A stretch of DNA of 64,000 bases from Mobula hypostoma (lineage: Eukaryota): the NCBI RefSeq assembly GCF_963921235.1, contig NC_086109.1, forward strand, positions 13,456,001 to 13,520,000. Direction: 5' to 3'. Below the pieces are notes generated by a model, which was given only the letters and a program-made list of their open reading frames with translations, was not told the DNA's origin and searched no databases. Shown piece by piece: positions 37,591 to 51,659 of this stretch. The position numbers and the translations under genes are program-made. Position 1 is the stretch's first letter. The number at the start of each line of letters is the position of its first letter.

Positions 37591-38504
37591 ATTGTAAGCC
37601 TTGGAGGGGACATTGGCAACAAGATGTTAGAAAATAAGCATACAAGAGAAAAATAACAGGATTTCATTAATAACTCATTCCATTTCCAGACTATTTTTAT
37701 TAAAAATGCCAGATGCTCCCCACTGTGCATTGAACCATAAACACATGGCAGTACGTATCAAATCATAACCTCGGAGGATTTGATGTGTATCTCAAGACAT
37801 TTCTCTGAAAAGATCTCTTTAATGCGAGATATCACAAGGATTAGTACAGGATTCCATTGACCGGGAGCCAGACAGCTAAGGTTCTTACTATTACTGTAGA
37901 AGCACAAGATACAGTGGTCAGAGAAAGGTTATTCGGGTTCATATGTGGTGAAAGGGGTAGAGATGATGATTGAAGCCTAAATGTTAATCCCCAGCACAGA
38001 ATCTCTGTCCATAGCTCGGCTCTCAATCTCAGAATTTCTTTCAGATTTAGAATAAACTCAAAAAGAATAATCAATGCAAAATTTAATAATTAACTTTTGA
38101 TTTAGAAAATGATTTGTAAGGTATTCACATTCACTATTAATTGGTTGCCATGACATGCTGGTCACAACACAGTTGGCTTTTGAGTTAGCAGCACTGAGCT
38201 CATTGTAAAGCGGCAGGAGCAGGGCAGTTTGTTTGTTCTCTTGGGGCTTCCTGTCTAACCTTATGAACTTACCAATCTCCTGTTCAAAGTTTAGGCATAA
38301 AAGAGTAATTGAGATAATATAGAAAAGAGGGAAGCTGCCCCATCAGCTCTTCCTATCACAGCTTCACCTATCAAAGACACAAGTTAAAGCTACACTGTGC
38401 AGTCTTATGGATTAACTGCTTTGCAGTTTTCCTCTTCCTTTTTTATATTCCAGTTGCACTCCAATATGGTATTGATTCTCGTCAAACCCGTGCGTATGTC
38501 TCCA

Positions 38505-38822
38505 TGGTAACAGAGCAGTCAGCGCAACACTTTGCAGCACCGTCTGTAAGATCAGGAGGTACGATTCCCTCTGCTGTCTAAAAGGAGTTCTTTACGTTCT
38601 CCCCGTGACGGCGTGGGTTTCCTCAGAGTCGTCCGGCTTCTGCCCACACTCCAACGACACACGGGTTAGGATTAATGAGCTGTGGGAATTCTATACTGGC
38701 GCCAGTAGTGCGGTGAGATTTGTGGACTGCACAGCACAATCCTCTCTGACTTGATTGGGTACAAGCAACGCATTTAACTGTATGTCCCGATGTACTGTAC
38801 ATGTGACAAATAAAGCTATTCT
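38505..38822 (+). mobile_element. HE1/V-SINE-like element
   Basis: ACGTTCTCCCCGTGACGGCGTGGGTTTCCTC core; GTGACAAATAAAGCT end. Confidence 0.7.
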
Positions 38823-39656
38823 TTCCTTCCTCCTTTCTTTCCGTCCATCCTGGGCACACACTTGTCACTGCTGTGTGCAATGTTTGGCCTTCTCCTCACT
38901 GCGGAGAGTGGGTTGCATTGTGCCCATTTCTTTCACTCATGCTGGCAGCTAATGATTGACCAGAGACGTTCAATAAACCTACCAAAGATGGTGCCTTCTT
39001 CACCATGTCTGCTTCAGTTGCAGAGTGAGTGGCTACTGAACCTGCTAGCACAGTGCGTGATACTGTAATGGCTTGGAAACAACGAGAAAATGGCTCAGTC
39101 TTTAGTGTCAACAGGGGGGGATGCTGAATGCTGGGCTGAAGAGACTCGGCCACTTTTGGAGTTCTTACCTTTTACGTAGGGTGTTAAGACACCATTGGCC
39201 TCTCGGGGGACATAGAGCATCACGTGAGCAGGGGTTTAAACCCGATGCTACAATCAGCATCTCTCAACTGGACTATTTGTCATGCAGTACTCACAGAGCC
39301 TTTGCACATCCTGCTTTATAACAGCAGCAACATGTCAAGCAATGTCTGTGAAACACGCCTGAGTTGCATGGGAAGTCAATAAGAAGGCATTGTGTAACTA
39401 CGAGACATCTTGCTTGCCTTTAAATGCTTATGGAATAGAGTGTTCATTTCAGGTGTCTAGATCCAGGCATGGACCCGAGTGCTCTTAAGGTTTTAATGCC
39501 AGGGATGTAGGCCGAGGAGAGGGCACTGACACGGATTCACTTATTCCACACCCCCCCCCAGTGGATTTAGAGGTTTTGGCAAAATCATAATCCACTATTA
39601 GATTAGTATTGTTTTCAACAATTAATATTGTTTTCATCAATAGTATCTCTCCTGTG

Positions 39657-39833
39657 CCCATAATGCACTAACCCTAACCCATACAGTATGTCTTTGGAAT
39701 GCAGGAGGAAACCCAACCGGTCACGGGGAGAATGTGCAAACTCCTTCCAGGCACTGACGGGAATTGAACTCCAGTCGGAGTTTGCTGGTGCTGTAAAGCG
39801 ATTGTGCTAACTGCTATACCAACCTGCCACCCC
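39657..39833 (-). mobile_element. HE1/V-SINE-like fragment
   Basis: GGTCACGGGGAGAATGTGCAAACTCC, GGAATTGAACTCC. Confidence 0.7.
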
Positions 39834-40139
39834 TAGGCCTATGACAGGACCTTAGACAGCATGGCCGTCGCTCAGTGAAAGCAGGCGTCAATGATACCAC
39901 TATTTCCAAAGTGCCAACACAGCCCTTGGACATCAAAAGATAAGAATGTTCAAAAAGAAAGATGCCAAATCCTGTTCAAGACTCTTGTTGTGCAAGCGGG
40001 CTGTGATGATGCCCACCTTCCTGTATGCTCAGAGACGTGACAGCTACAGCAGAAATCCCGGGGCACTGGAGAGATTCCATGAATGGATCCTCTGCAAAAT
40101 CTTCCAAATTATCCAATAGGATGAGTAAATACACTAGCA

Positions 40140-40690
40140 AGGCCTCACTTGGAGTATTGCGAGCAGTTTTGGGCCCCTTATCCAAGAGAGAATGTGCTGA
40201 CATTAGAGAGGGTTCAGAGGAGGTTCACAAGAATGATTCTGGAAATGAAAGGGCTCTAAGTGGAGCATTTGATGGCTCTGGGCTGTGACTCAGTGCAATT
40301 TAGAAGAATGATGGGCAGATCTCATTGAATGTCAGAAGGCCTCAATAGACTGTATGTGCAGAGGATGTTTCCTATACTGGGAGCATCTAGGACCATGGGG
40401 CACGGCCTCAGAATAGAAGGATGACCATTTAGAACGGAGGTGAGGAGGATTTCGTTTCTCAAGCCAACGGATGCTGAATTTGTGGAATTTGTTGTCACAG
40501 GCAGCTGCGGAAGCCAGATCGTTAAGTGCATTTAGGTTCTTGATAAGTCAGGGTATGAAAGGTTGCGGGAAGAAGGCAGGAGAATGGGGTTGAGAGGCAA
40601 AATGAACAAGCCACGATAAAATGGCAGAGCAGACTCGATGGGCCAAATGGCCTACTTCTGCTCCTGTCTCCTATGATCTTGTGATCTAAA
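40140..40690 (+). mobile_element. Old CR1 3' fragment
   Basis: CCTCACTTGGAGTATTG...GGCCAAATGGCCTACTTCTGCTCC. Confidence 0.85.
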
Positions 40691-42825
40691 GCTAACATCA
40701 GGATCCTCCCAAAGGGCAGAAAGCCCCAGCATCAATGACACGTCTCCACAGGGAGGGTCATATTGCAGGCTTTCCCAACACTAGACTTCTCTTAATAGGT
40801 GGTATCACAGGAAAAGATCACCAGTAAGGTAGAAAAAGCAGTTTCAGACCTCCTTCAGGGGGTATAAAAAATGGAACATAATGGGAACCACTGTCTTAAC
40901 ACTGTTCAAAATGGAGGAGGTCCATTCAGTATGGTAGCAAGTACCTCGAGTTTCTTCACTGGGTGCATATAAGAGCTGTATAACAACAGTAATGGGAGTA
41001 CATCGATCCCCAAGCCAAGGACTTCCTTTCCCACCAATGGCATTGTTTGGGAGTATCATAGTCATCTCACCAGCCTCCAAAAATCCCACAGTTCTAAGTC
41101 ACCCTCAATAATAATGGGACAGGCCAAGTGGAAGAATACCATTATCCATATGAGCTTTAGGAAATACATCCATAGATCAGAAGGTAGATCACAATGTAGC
41201 CCAACCACAGCTTTGTATCTATTCATTTTACGTGTTCATTTGTATAGCTATTGGACGATTATTGCTTTGCTGTGCTTATGCGTGGGAGAGGGAGGTAGGG
41301 GAGCTTTGGGTTCTAACATTTTTACTCATTCTTTGGGACACCCTTCTATTTTTGTGAATGTCTGTGAAGAACCAGAATTTCAGGTTGTATATTGTATACA
41401 TTCTCTGATATTAAAAGGAACTATGGATGAAAAGGATGGAAGGAGTAAAGGAAATTGATGGAAATGTTTGTAGCTTCAGTGCAGACAAAGGGGATCAGAG
41501 CCAATTAAGTCATTCTGTAATGTATTAAGCAGATACAAAGCTAAGTCATGCCTGACACAAGCAATAAGGAATTAAACAACCGGAAATAAATATCCAAACA
41601 TCCAATTTAAGAAATTATCCTCAACTCCCTACAGTTTCTTTTAAAATTGTCTAACTGGATTTTGACTACAAACTCAAAGTAAGTTTATTATCGGAACATG
41701 TGTAGTCACCATATGCTACCTAGAGATTCATTTTCTTGCAGGCATTCACATGAAAATAAAGAAATACAACCCTGCTAGCAGTCGTTTTCTCATGCACAAC
41801 ATGAAAACTGCATGTACAATATGCAGAGTCAACAGTTAGGGCCAAGACATCAAATGCTTATTCTCCTCCATGGATATGCTGAACTCCTCCATCATTTTGT
41901 GTATATTGCTCAAGATCTCTAGCACCTGCAGAGTCTCTTGTGTTTATGAAATGCATGCCCTGTGTTCTTTGAAATGAAGTCTCGTCCCATCCCTGTGCAT
42001 GTTCACCACTAGATGGGGTTTCGTATATTCTTGTGTATTGGTGCACCTAGCATCATGCACCTTGAACAAAGTTTGATCCCATCACACCTGACAATATGTT
42101 TTGATATAAAGTACAAAGGATGGTTTATATTAATGAGAGGGTGCTGAAGAGCAGTGTAGAGAGAGAAATGCCGGGCTTACTTGTGTGACTACAATTAAGG
42201 CCGGAAAGAAAGTCAATGGTTCCATAGTTCCATTTAATTTCAGAGAAATGTATATAATATACAACCTGTAATTCTTGTTTTTCACAGACATTCACAAAAT
42301 CAGGAGAGTGCCCCAAAGAATGAGTGACAGTAAAAATGTTAGAACCCCAAAGCTTCCCTACTGCCCTTTCCCATGCACAAACAGCAGCAAAGCAATAATT
42401 GTCCAATAGATATACAAATGAACATGCAAAATGCATAGATAGAAAGCCGTGGTTAGGCTACATTGTGAGTATTGTGTGATCTGGAAAACCCTATTACAGA
42501 TAGTGTTAGAGTCAGGATTACAATCACTAACATATGTCATAAAACTTATTGTCTTGTGGCAGCAGTACAATGCAAGACATAAAAGTTACTATAAGTTACA
42601 AAAAAAGTGCAGAAGAGGAACAGTGAGATAGTGTTCATTGGTTCATGGACCAATTGGAAATCTGATGGCAGAGGGGAAGAAGCTGTTCCTAAACAGACAG
42701 CATGGGCCCTCAGGTTCCTGTTCCTCCTCCCTGAAGTGATTAACGAGAAGAGGGTATTTCTTGGTTGGTGAGGGTCCTTAATGATGGATGCCACCTTCTT
42801 GAGTTAAATACTTCTTCCAGGTGAC

Positions 42826-43810
42826 CCTTCAACCTATATCACTCCAGAGAATCAATCAATTTGTCCAACCTCTCTGTATAGCTAATTCTCTTTAATCCAA
42901 GCAACATCCCAGTGAACATCTTCTGCACCGGCTAGGGCTTTGCATTTTGAGGTTTAATGTTCTGTGTATTGTTTGCTCATTTTTTTCCCGTTTGCATGAC
43001 TTGCTTTTTTTTGCTTGTAGCATGTTTGATGATTTTTTCGAAGGGGTTCCATGCTGTTTCTTTGTTTTGTGGCTGTCTGCCTGAAGGTGAGTCTGAGGAT
43101 TGCATACTGCATACATACTTGGAGAATAAATGTACTTTGAACTTTTGAATCTGTTAAAAGGCTCCACATCCATCCTGTATTGCAGCAACCAGAACTGCAC
43201 ACAGTACTCCAAATGTGACTTAATCACCATTGTACAATTGCAACATAATTTCCCAATTTCTACACTCAACAATCTAACTGATTAAGGCAAATGTGTAATT
43301 CTCCTTTTTAACCATGCTACCTGTGTTGCCACTTTCAGAGAGCTATGCATTTGTACACCAGGTCACTGTATGTCTGTTTTTCTAAGTGTCCTGCATTTAC
43401 AGGATACTTTCCTCTTGTATTTGACCTCCTGCAGTCCAATGCTGCTCACTTGTCCAGACTAAACTCCATCTTCCATTTCCCTGTTCATATTAGTAACTTT
43501 TCTAGATCCTGCTGAATCCATTGACAACTTTCCTGACAGTCCACAACTCAGCCAATTTGTGTGCCATCTGCAAGCTTGTTAATCAGCCTCCCTACATTAT
43601 CGTCCAAGTGATTTTCCCAAAAAAAACCCAGAGTTTCCTGCACTAATCCTTGTGGAATATCACTGGTCATGTACTTCCAGTCAGAATGACACACCATTGT
43701 CTTATTTGGTCAAGCCAATTTTTAATCTAGTCTACCAAGGCTCACTGAGCCTTCTGGATTCAACTTACCATGAGGAACCTTGTCAAAAGCTTTTCTGAAG
43801 TCTGTGTACA
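42826..43810 (-). mobile_element. Old CR1 fragment with nested repeat
   Basis: DFRKAFDKVPH and SHLEYCVQFW remnants. Confidence 0.8.
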
Positions 43811-43926
43811 ATAGACACAGATCTTTTACACAGACGTCAGTAAAACCTTTGACAAGATCCATCATGGTAAGCTGATCCAGTGGATACAAATTGTCCATGA
43901 TGTGTTGGGCAGTTTTGACTACCCAT

Positions 43927-46900
43927 TGTGCTACGTATATAATATTTAAGTAATATTGTAAATATATTGTTTGATTAAGCATTCTCTCTTGTTTACATAA
44001 TTCTGCGGGTTTATATGTAAAAGTATGTGAATAGCATACACCATCTCGCCATGTGAATGGCATGTGCCGTAAGTTCGCACTTTGCTAAAAGTGAAAATGA
44101 AACTAAGACACATATCTCTCAGGATCCCTTTGTTTTATTTTGATTAGTTTGCTGTTTTGGAGTTACAAACATAATGGTAGTGAAGTGTAAGTTTTAAAAC
44201 AGTTCTGAGATGACTACCTACCTGTTGAAGCACAGTGAAATATTTGAGTTTAAGGAAAACACAGCATACCTTCTTCACAAGAGGAGAAGATGTTCAAGTT
44301 AAAAAAAGGGCAGAAAACAAACAATTCATGGGTTTATAAACATTGAGTACAAGGTGATAATAATACAGTTTTTTTAAAATCAGAAATGGCTGGCTACATC
44401 GGAAAGATAAACCCGTTCAATTGCAGAAAAGATAACTGGCTGCTGTATACAGAACAAATTGAGCAGTATTTTGAAGATGAAATAGCCAATGAAAAGCAAG
44501 TGCCAAATTTGCTGAGTGCATTGGATTTAAAGGCAATGAAATTTGTTTAGAAATTTAATTGTTCCAACCAAACCAGCTGAAATGAGCTTTGTTGATATTG
44601 TAAAAGTAATGCAGAAATATTTAGAACCAAAGCCATTGTTGGCTGCAGAACGCTTTGGGTTTCATAAGCAGAATTAAAAGAAACAGGAGTCCATTTCAGT
44701 GTACGTAGTTGAATTGAAGAAGTTGACTGAGCATTGTGAGTTCAGTGATCAGCTTAATGATGCACTGAGAGATTGTTCAGTTTGTGGAATCTTACAAGAA
44801 GGCATTCAAAAATGGCTCCTAACTGAAGCACAGTTTACATTTAAAAGAACAGTTGAAATACCTGTATCAATGGAAACAGCAGACAGAGGCACAGTAGAGC
44901 TGCAGTCAGTTATGAAAGTGAGCATGAACAAAATTGCAGTGTCTAATCATACATTGGCCTGGCTGAATAAATTGTGTTACCATTGTGGCAGGGGCTCACA
45001 TACACCAGACCAATGCTGACTTAAACTTGCAATTTGCATAAAATGCAACAAAGACCAAGTCAGGCAGACAAAATAAATGGACTGCACAGCAAAGAGAAAA
45101 GAATAAAATGTCAAGCTGCAATTTCAACAAGAGCACTGATCTGCAAGCTGCCGATGAAAACTCTGATAATGATGAGAGTGATACAAGACTGGGTAGCCTT
45201 GAGATTTTTAATGTGAAAACTAACTAAATATGGCTTACACCAGAAATGAACAGCAAATTAATTAGAATGCAATTGGACACTGGCTCAGCTTTTGCAGTAA
45301 TTTCACAAAATGAGTTTGAATGGCATTTCAAACTGAAGCCTGCAGATATCCAACTAAGAACTTTTACTGGAGAAAATATAACTCCTGTGGGAATGCCATT
45401 TGTAACAGTGAAATACAACAACCAACAATCCACATTGGGCTTGCACAGTATGTGTGAAAGACAGGAGGACCAGCATTGTGGGGTTGAGATTGACTGAGGC
45501 AACTACAACTTGATTGGAGATCCATCCACTATTTACATGCCACATCCCCTGCAACAGAGTCAACTAAAAGCAAATTAAGAAATGTACTGGATGATGCCAC
45601 AGCAGAATTTAGGGATAGCATTGGAAAACACAAATGTGTCAAGGGTAAAAAAGAGTTAAATGAAAATGCAACACCCAAGTTTTACAAAGCCTGTCCTTTT
45701 TCTAGCTAGTGAGCTAGATTGCATGGAGGCTGAAGGATTTCTTTCCGAGGTTGAGTGGAGCCCTTGGGCAATGCCAATGGTCCCAGCAGCCAAGAAGAAT
45801 GGATCTGTCAGGATTTGTGGTAATTTTAAGGTCACCATCAACCCAGTACTGAAAATAGATCAATATTCTGAATAGAGGATATCTTTGCGAGCCTTTCTGA
45901 AGGGAAACACTTCAGTAAAGTGGACGTAGCTGAGGCCTACCTGTAGATGAAGATGAAAAAAGAGTCCAATGTGTTTCTCACCATAAACACTCACAACGGG
46001 CTTTATCACTATAATAGGCTTATTTTTGGAGCAGTATCTGAGCCGGCATTCTGGCAGAAAGTTATGGACCAGGCACTCAGTATTACCTGGATGACATCAT
46101 TGTCACTGGTAAGGTTGACAAGGAACATCTGCAAAATCTCAAGACAGTGTTAAAAAGATTAGTAGATTATGGGCCAAGAGTAGTCACCTACAGCAAAATT
46201 AAATCTTTGGGGCTGAGTGGGAGAATTAAAAATTTGCTATACTGTTGTATTATATTGTATACTGTGTAAATAGTTTAGATGCATTCTATATTAAAGGTTC
46301 AAAGGCTCATTTAATGTCAGAGAAACGTATACAATATACATCCTGAAATGCATTTTTCTTCGCAATCATCTATGAAAACAGAGGAGTGCCCAAAAGAATG
46401 AATGACAGTTAAATGTTAGAACCCCGAAGTCCCCCCAACTCCCCCCTCCCGTGCGTAAGCGGCAGCGAGCAACAATCCCCCCTCCCCCCACCGGCATAAA
46501 TAAAGTGCACCCACTACCAGCACTCAAGCGTGAGCAAAGCAATAGCAAAGACACAGACTTGCAGTTATCCCAAAGACTACATTGTTCACCCGATAATTCG
46601 ACATGCTGCAAGCTCTCTCTCTCCTAATAAGAGAGAAAGCGGTGATTCCATTCCATTTTCCAGCAAGGGGGGAGACATAACAATCAACAAGTTTGAGTTT
46701 ATAGCTAAGCAAGGAGGATGGTTATGTATTTATCTTTCAGTAATATTTGAGTAGTATTGTAAATGTACTGTTTGATTAAGCATTCTTTGTTGTTTACATA
46801 ATGAATTGCAGGTTATATGTTAAAGTACATGAATGTCATACCTCACCACGTCATAAGTGCTCACCTTGCTAAAAGTAAAAACGAAACTAAGCTTCCTGGC

Positions 46901-46945
46901 TTCCTGGCTCCATTTTTATTTCAATCAGTTGTTATGTTTTGGAGT
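43927..46945 (+). mobile_element. Decayed Gypsy/Ty3 LTR retrotransposon (Mag-like), RNase H/integrase deleted
   Basis: LTRs 43927-44174 and 46719-46945; TGG PBS at 44175; purine tract before 3' LTR; gag from 44386 (MAGYIGKINPF..DNW..EQYFE), CYHCGRGSHTPDQC knuckle, LDTGS protease, KKNGSVRICGNFKVTINP RT. Confidence 0.92.
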
Positions 46946-47593
46946 AGCTTGTTGAGATGCTCTGTATTGCGCATCTGTAGAATGACATGAGTATGGATGC
47001 GCAAAGTCCACCTCTCTTCAACCTCCTCAGAAAGTAATGGCATTGGTGAGCTTTCTTCTCTGTATAGGATGTGTCCTGGGACTGAGAGGTTGTGTGTGAT
47101 GTGCACTCCCAGGCATTTAAAACTGTTTGGGGTTTCCATTCCTGCAACAGAGTGAATGGGATAGCAAAAACTATTCCCACTGATTGAAGAGATGGTAAGA
47201 GGATGATTGGGAGCGATTCTTTACATTGAGGACTGATTTTGTCTTGAACCAGTGGGCATAGCCTCAGAATATAAGGATGTTTCTTAAGAACAAAGGTGAA
47301 GAAGAAATTTGTTAGAGGGTGGTGAATCTGTAGAATTCATTTCCAAATATGGGTGTTGAAATCACTGGGTACATTTGAAGTGGAGATCGATACGTTTCGG
47401 ATTAGTAAGGGCTTCAAAGGTTACAGGGAGATGGCAGGAGAACAGGATTGAGAAGGATAACAATTCAGCCATGATGGATTGGCAGAGGAAATTCAACATG
47501 CCAAATGGCCTAATTCTGTTTCTATGATAGACTGGAATGCTGTGCCACTAGAAACAGCTGGGATAGGGATATGAGCTGGTTGAAGGAAAATTG

Positions 47594-47718
47594 ATGAAGG
47601 GTCCTGGCCCGAAGTGTTTACTGTTTACTCTTTTCTATAGATGCTGCCTGACCTGCTGAGTTCTTCCAGCATTTTGTGTGTATTGCTTTGACTTCCAGCA
47701 TCTGCAGCTTTCCTCTTG
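47594..47718 (+). mobile_element. 125-bp pLTR-end insertion starting inside the hammerhead core
   Basis: Flanked by TGAAGGAAAATTG / TGAGGGAAAATTG; starts ATGAAGGGTCCTGGCCCGAAG, ends in CCAGCATCTGCAG tail. Confidence 0.8.
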
Positions 47719-47801
47719 TGAGGGAAAATTGGACTCCTCAGTTAGAGGAGCCTAAAGCCGAGGGATTTAAGGAGTAGGTAGTGGTGTCAGAGAGTTGGAA
47801 G

Positions 47802-48449
47802 TGAAACACCCTGGTTTCCTTGGCCGCATAAATCTAGGGAAGAAAACCTCCAACCCTGCCAAACTAGTGAGATTGAGGAACACTCAATCCTACCCCAAAC
47901 CTCGGATTGTGTCGCTGCTGTGTCGTTTGCTACCTTGTTAAAAATCAATGCCACAAAATAACAGCTAGTACACTGCATACGATTAAAGGAATTACATTTA
48001 CGAATCTTAACTAAAGGGTTAGTAAAGAATAATGAAAAGATAAGGGCCCATTCTAATTAAACAAGTTGGAGCTCATCTTGAACTTCCCTGTCACTCACGC
48101 GCTGGGCCCTCGGTCAACATGATGGCACACACCACCTTCCGAACATTGCTTGCAATCCATCCCGAATAAGCGGGTCCCCCACCAGGTCGTATCCTACAGC
48201 CGGTTCTCCCCAGTGTCTTCTCTCTTCACCTCCTCTCGAACAAAAGCCCCAACCCCAGCCTCGGTGTCCCTCACCAGAGAAACCTCCCCTTAATCCAACC
48301 ATCCTAACTGGATAGCACATGTTTCTCCCCATCTCATATCTTCAACAGTAATCTAAACAAACATGAAAACAGAACAGCCTGTTCTTACAGAACTGCCAAA
48401 ATGAAATTCATACAGCATAACGGTAAAATATATGAACCAGGGCATTACA
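47802..48449. mobile_element. Solo LTR (unclassified)
   Basis: TGAAACACCCTGGTT ... AACCAGGGCATTACA ends; 4-bp TSD GAAG. Confidence 0.8.
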
Positions 48450-49891
48450 GAAGGGATGACATGTTGGAACCATTCTGTATTGTAACCAAAGGCATTCTCA
48501 TTCAATTTCCTCAAGGGACCAGGTTATTGCTAGAGCAATTTGACTAAGCACTCATATCTAATTTCCTTTGCTTCAACTTCTGTGCTTTCTTATCAGTGCT
48601 AAGTGAGATATTTCTCTAGAGGATTAAGGACATGAGATGCAGTTCAATCAGTCACGAAATACAAACGTTTCTACATGGAGCACTGCTGCAGGAAAGCAGC
48701 ATCCATCATCAGGGAACCACACCGCACAGATCATGCTCTCTTCTCACTGTTACCATTAGGAAGAAAGTACAGGAGCCTCTAGACTCTCACTACCAGGTTC
48801 AGGAAGAGTTATTACCCCTCAACCATCAGGCTCTTGAACCAGTGGGGATAACATCATCCATCACTGAACTGTTCCCACAACCTACGGAGTCACTTTCAAG
48901 GACTGTTCTTCTCATGTTCTTGATATTTATTGCTTATATATTATTTATTATTATTTTCTCTTTTGTATTTGCACAATGTGTTGCCTTTTGCACATTGGTG
49001 TTTGTCCACCATTTTGGATGTGATCTTTCATTGTTTCTGTGATGTTTCCTGGATTTATTGAGTATGCCCACAAGAAAACAAATCCCAGGGGACATATGTG
49101 TACTTTGATAACTAATTTACTTACACTGCTGAGCAATAGCCATACTCATTATGCTCCGACAAGTTTACAAACCAGATTAAATTATCTGTTTTACCCCCAG
49201 CGATTGAACCAAAACTACTCAGAGCAACACATATTGTAAGATAATTAGCTTACATAATTAGCAGTGCAATATCTAATAAGGGTCGATGCTTGCAAAGACA
49301 GCAAACGTTGCTTGCTCATGCTTCTGTTAGTTCAAAGTTCAATGTTCAAAGTGAAGTTAAGAGTAAATTAACTATCAAAGTACATACATGTCACCATATA
49401 CAGCCCTGTGATTCATTTTCTTGCAGGCATACTCAATAAATCCACTATAGAATAACAGCCATGATTGAATCAGTGAAAGACCGCACCGACCAGAGTGCAA
49501 AAGACAACGAGCTATGCAAGTACAAAGAGGAAGATATAATAATAATGAATCAATGAGCATTAAATATGGAGAACATGAGATTGAGAGTCCTTGACAGTGT
49601 GTCCGTAGGTTGTGGGAACATTTCAATGACGGGCAAGTGAAGTTATCCACACTGGTTCAATAGCCTGATGGTTGAGGGGTAATAACTGTTTCTGAACCTA
49701 GTGGTGTGAGTCCTGAGGCTCTTTTCCATGGAGTTACAGTGCAAAAAGAAGATACCTCAGTATCACATTCTCAAGGGCTATTGTCCAATAAATCACAAAA
49801 TTGATACTGATGCCTACATTTTATGAAAGAATGCTTGAACAGGCATCGCAAGAAGTTTTAGGATATGGGCTAATAACAATTGGCAAATCAT

Positions 49892-50083
49892 AAACACAAG
49901 TGATGCTGCAGATGCTGGAAATCCAGAGCAACACTCACAAAATGCTGGAGGAATTCCCCAGGTCAGGTAGCATCTATAGAAATGAATAAACAATCGACGT
50001 TTTGGACCAAGACCCTTCATCAGTCCTGATTCATTTCCATAGATGCTGCCTGACCTGATGAGTTCTTCCAGAATTTTGTGTGT
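49892..50083. mobile_element. Old miniature pLTR hairpin with decayed hammerhead in the loop
   Basis: Arms ~49933-49987 / 50029-50083; minus strand CTGATGAAGGGTCTTGGTCCAAAACGTCGA. Confidence 0.85.
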
Positions 50084-50100
50084 AATTACAATTGTCACTA

Positions 50101-50302
50101 GCCGGCTGGTGGCGTAGTGACATCAGCGCCGGTCTTCGGGGCGAAGGCTCCGGAGTTCGAATCCAGCCGGCTCCCTTGCACGCTTTGCATCCATGCTGCC
50201 TTGAGCGTCAAGCTAGCAACTTGGCCTCGTAAAAATAAGAAGTAAGAGTCATCGGGGCAACGGCGTCCTGATGACTCCACTCAGAGTTATGGGCTTTCTT
50301 CT
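50101..50302 (+). mobile_element. Young tRNA-derived SINE
   Basis: A box TGGCGTAGTGAC, B box GGAGTTCGAATCC; 15-bp TSD TTACAATTGTCACTA (50086-50100, 50303-50317). Confidence 0.9.
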
Positions 50303-50986
50303 TTACAATTGTCACTATTGCATATCTTGTGTGTGTATCTGGACATTGATATTGGCATTAGTTTATTATTGTCACACGGACCAGGATACAGTGAAAATCT
50401 TGTTTACTGTTCATACAGATCAGATCATTACGCAGTGCACTGAGGCAGAATAAGATTAAAGAATAACTATGAAGAGTAAAGTGTAAAAGCTATAGAGAAC
50501 GTGCAGGGCATGTAAATAAAAAGTGCAAGATCATAACAAGGTAGATTGTGAGGTCACAGTAGCTGTCCTTGAACGTTACAGTACATGCTTTCAGGCCTTT
50601 GTGTCTTCTGCCTGACAGGAAAGGGTGGAAGAGAAAATGTCTGGGGTGGGTGGGCTCCTTGGTAATGCTGGCTGATTTCCTGAAGCGATGAGAAGTGTAG
50701 GCCACAGAGGGGAGGCTGGTTTCTGCGATGAGCTCAGCTGCTCTCTGCAGTTTCTTGCTGGGATGTTACTGTAATTGCCGTTTAAAGCAGCATTTATGAA
50801 ACGGTGTTGCTGCTCTGCCCTGTGACATAGTAATGCTGAAAAGCAGTGGCCAACAGCATTCTGAAGCAATGTCAGCACCGTGGCATAGAAAAAAATATCG
50901 TCGGGTAGGCTACGATTCTGGAGTTCGGTACAAGTCTGCGTTAGGAACAAATTCTTGAATCAGCTCGATTACTTGCATTTAGATTT

Positions 50987-51222
50987 AGAGGGGGGAGGGA
51001 ATGTCAACTCAGACCATGAGAGGCCTGCGTCGGGCATTTTCATGCCTTACAAGGCGCAGATTGGAAGTCTGTGTGGGGCGCCACTCCTCGCACAGACACG
51101 AGAGCAATGTGTGGTTAAGTGCCTTGCTCAAGGACGCAAACACGCTGCCACAGCTGAGGCTTGAACCAGCGACCTTCAGATCACTAGACGAATGCCTTAA
51201 CCACTTGGCTACGTGCCCTACA
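50987..51222 (-). mobile_element. tRNA-derived SINE with CORE-like segment
   Basis: Minus strand GTAGCCAAGTGGTTAAGGC...GGTTCAAGCC...TCCTTGAGCAAGGCACTTAACC. Confidence 0.8.
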
Positions 51223-51659
51223 CGATACAGCACAATAACAGGCCCTTCTGGCCCAATGAGCCCACCACCCAATTACACTCATGTGACACACTAGCCTACT
51301 AACCCCTACGCCTTTGGAATGTGGGAGGAAACTGAAGCACTTGGAGGAAACCTATGAAGTCATGAGGAGAATGTGCAAACTCTTTACAGACTGTGGCAGA
51401 ATCGAAACTAGGTCACTGGTGCTGTAATAACGTCATGCCAACAGCAGAGTTACCGTGCTGCTCATTGTCACCAGCATATGACGGAAGATTCATTGTCTTA
51501 TACAATGCAACGGCATAAATATCTATAAATTACAAAGAAATAAATAGTACAAAAAAAAAGGAATAACGAGGTAGTGTTCATGTTCAAGATATGGATCGGT
51601 TATTCTTGAGAATATTCTTGAGAAGCTGGTGGTGAATGGTCTGTTGTAGCAACTATTGA

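Noticed and set aside
40844..41089. 81-aa ORF in apparently non-repetitive sequence
   Set aside because: No recognisable motif or splice context in any frame.
50101..50176. tRNA gene
   Set aside because: It has A/B boxes but continues into a body with a tail and a 15-bp TSD, so it is a SINE head.
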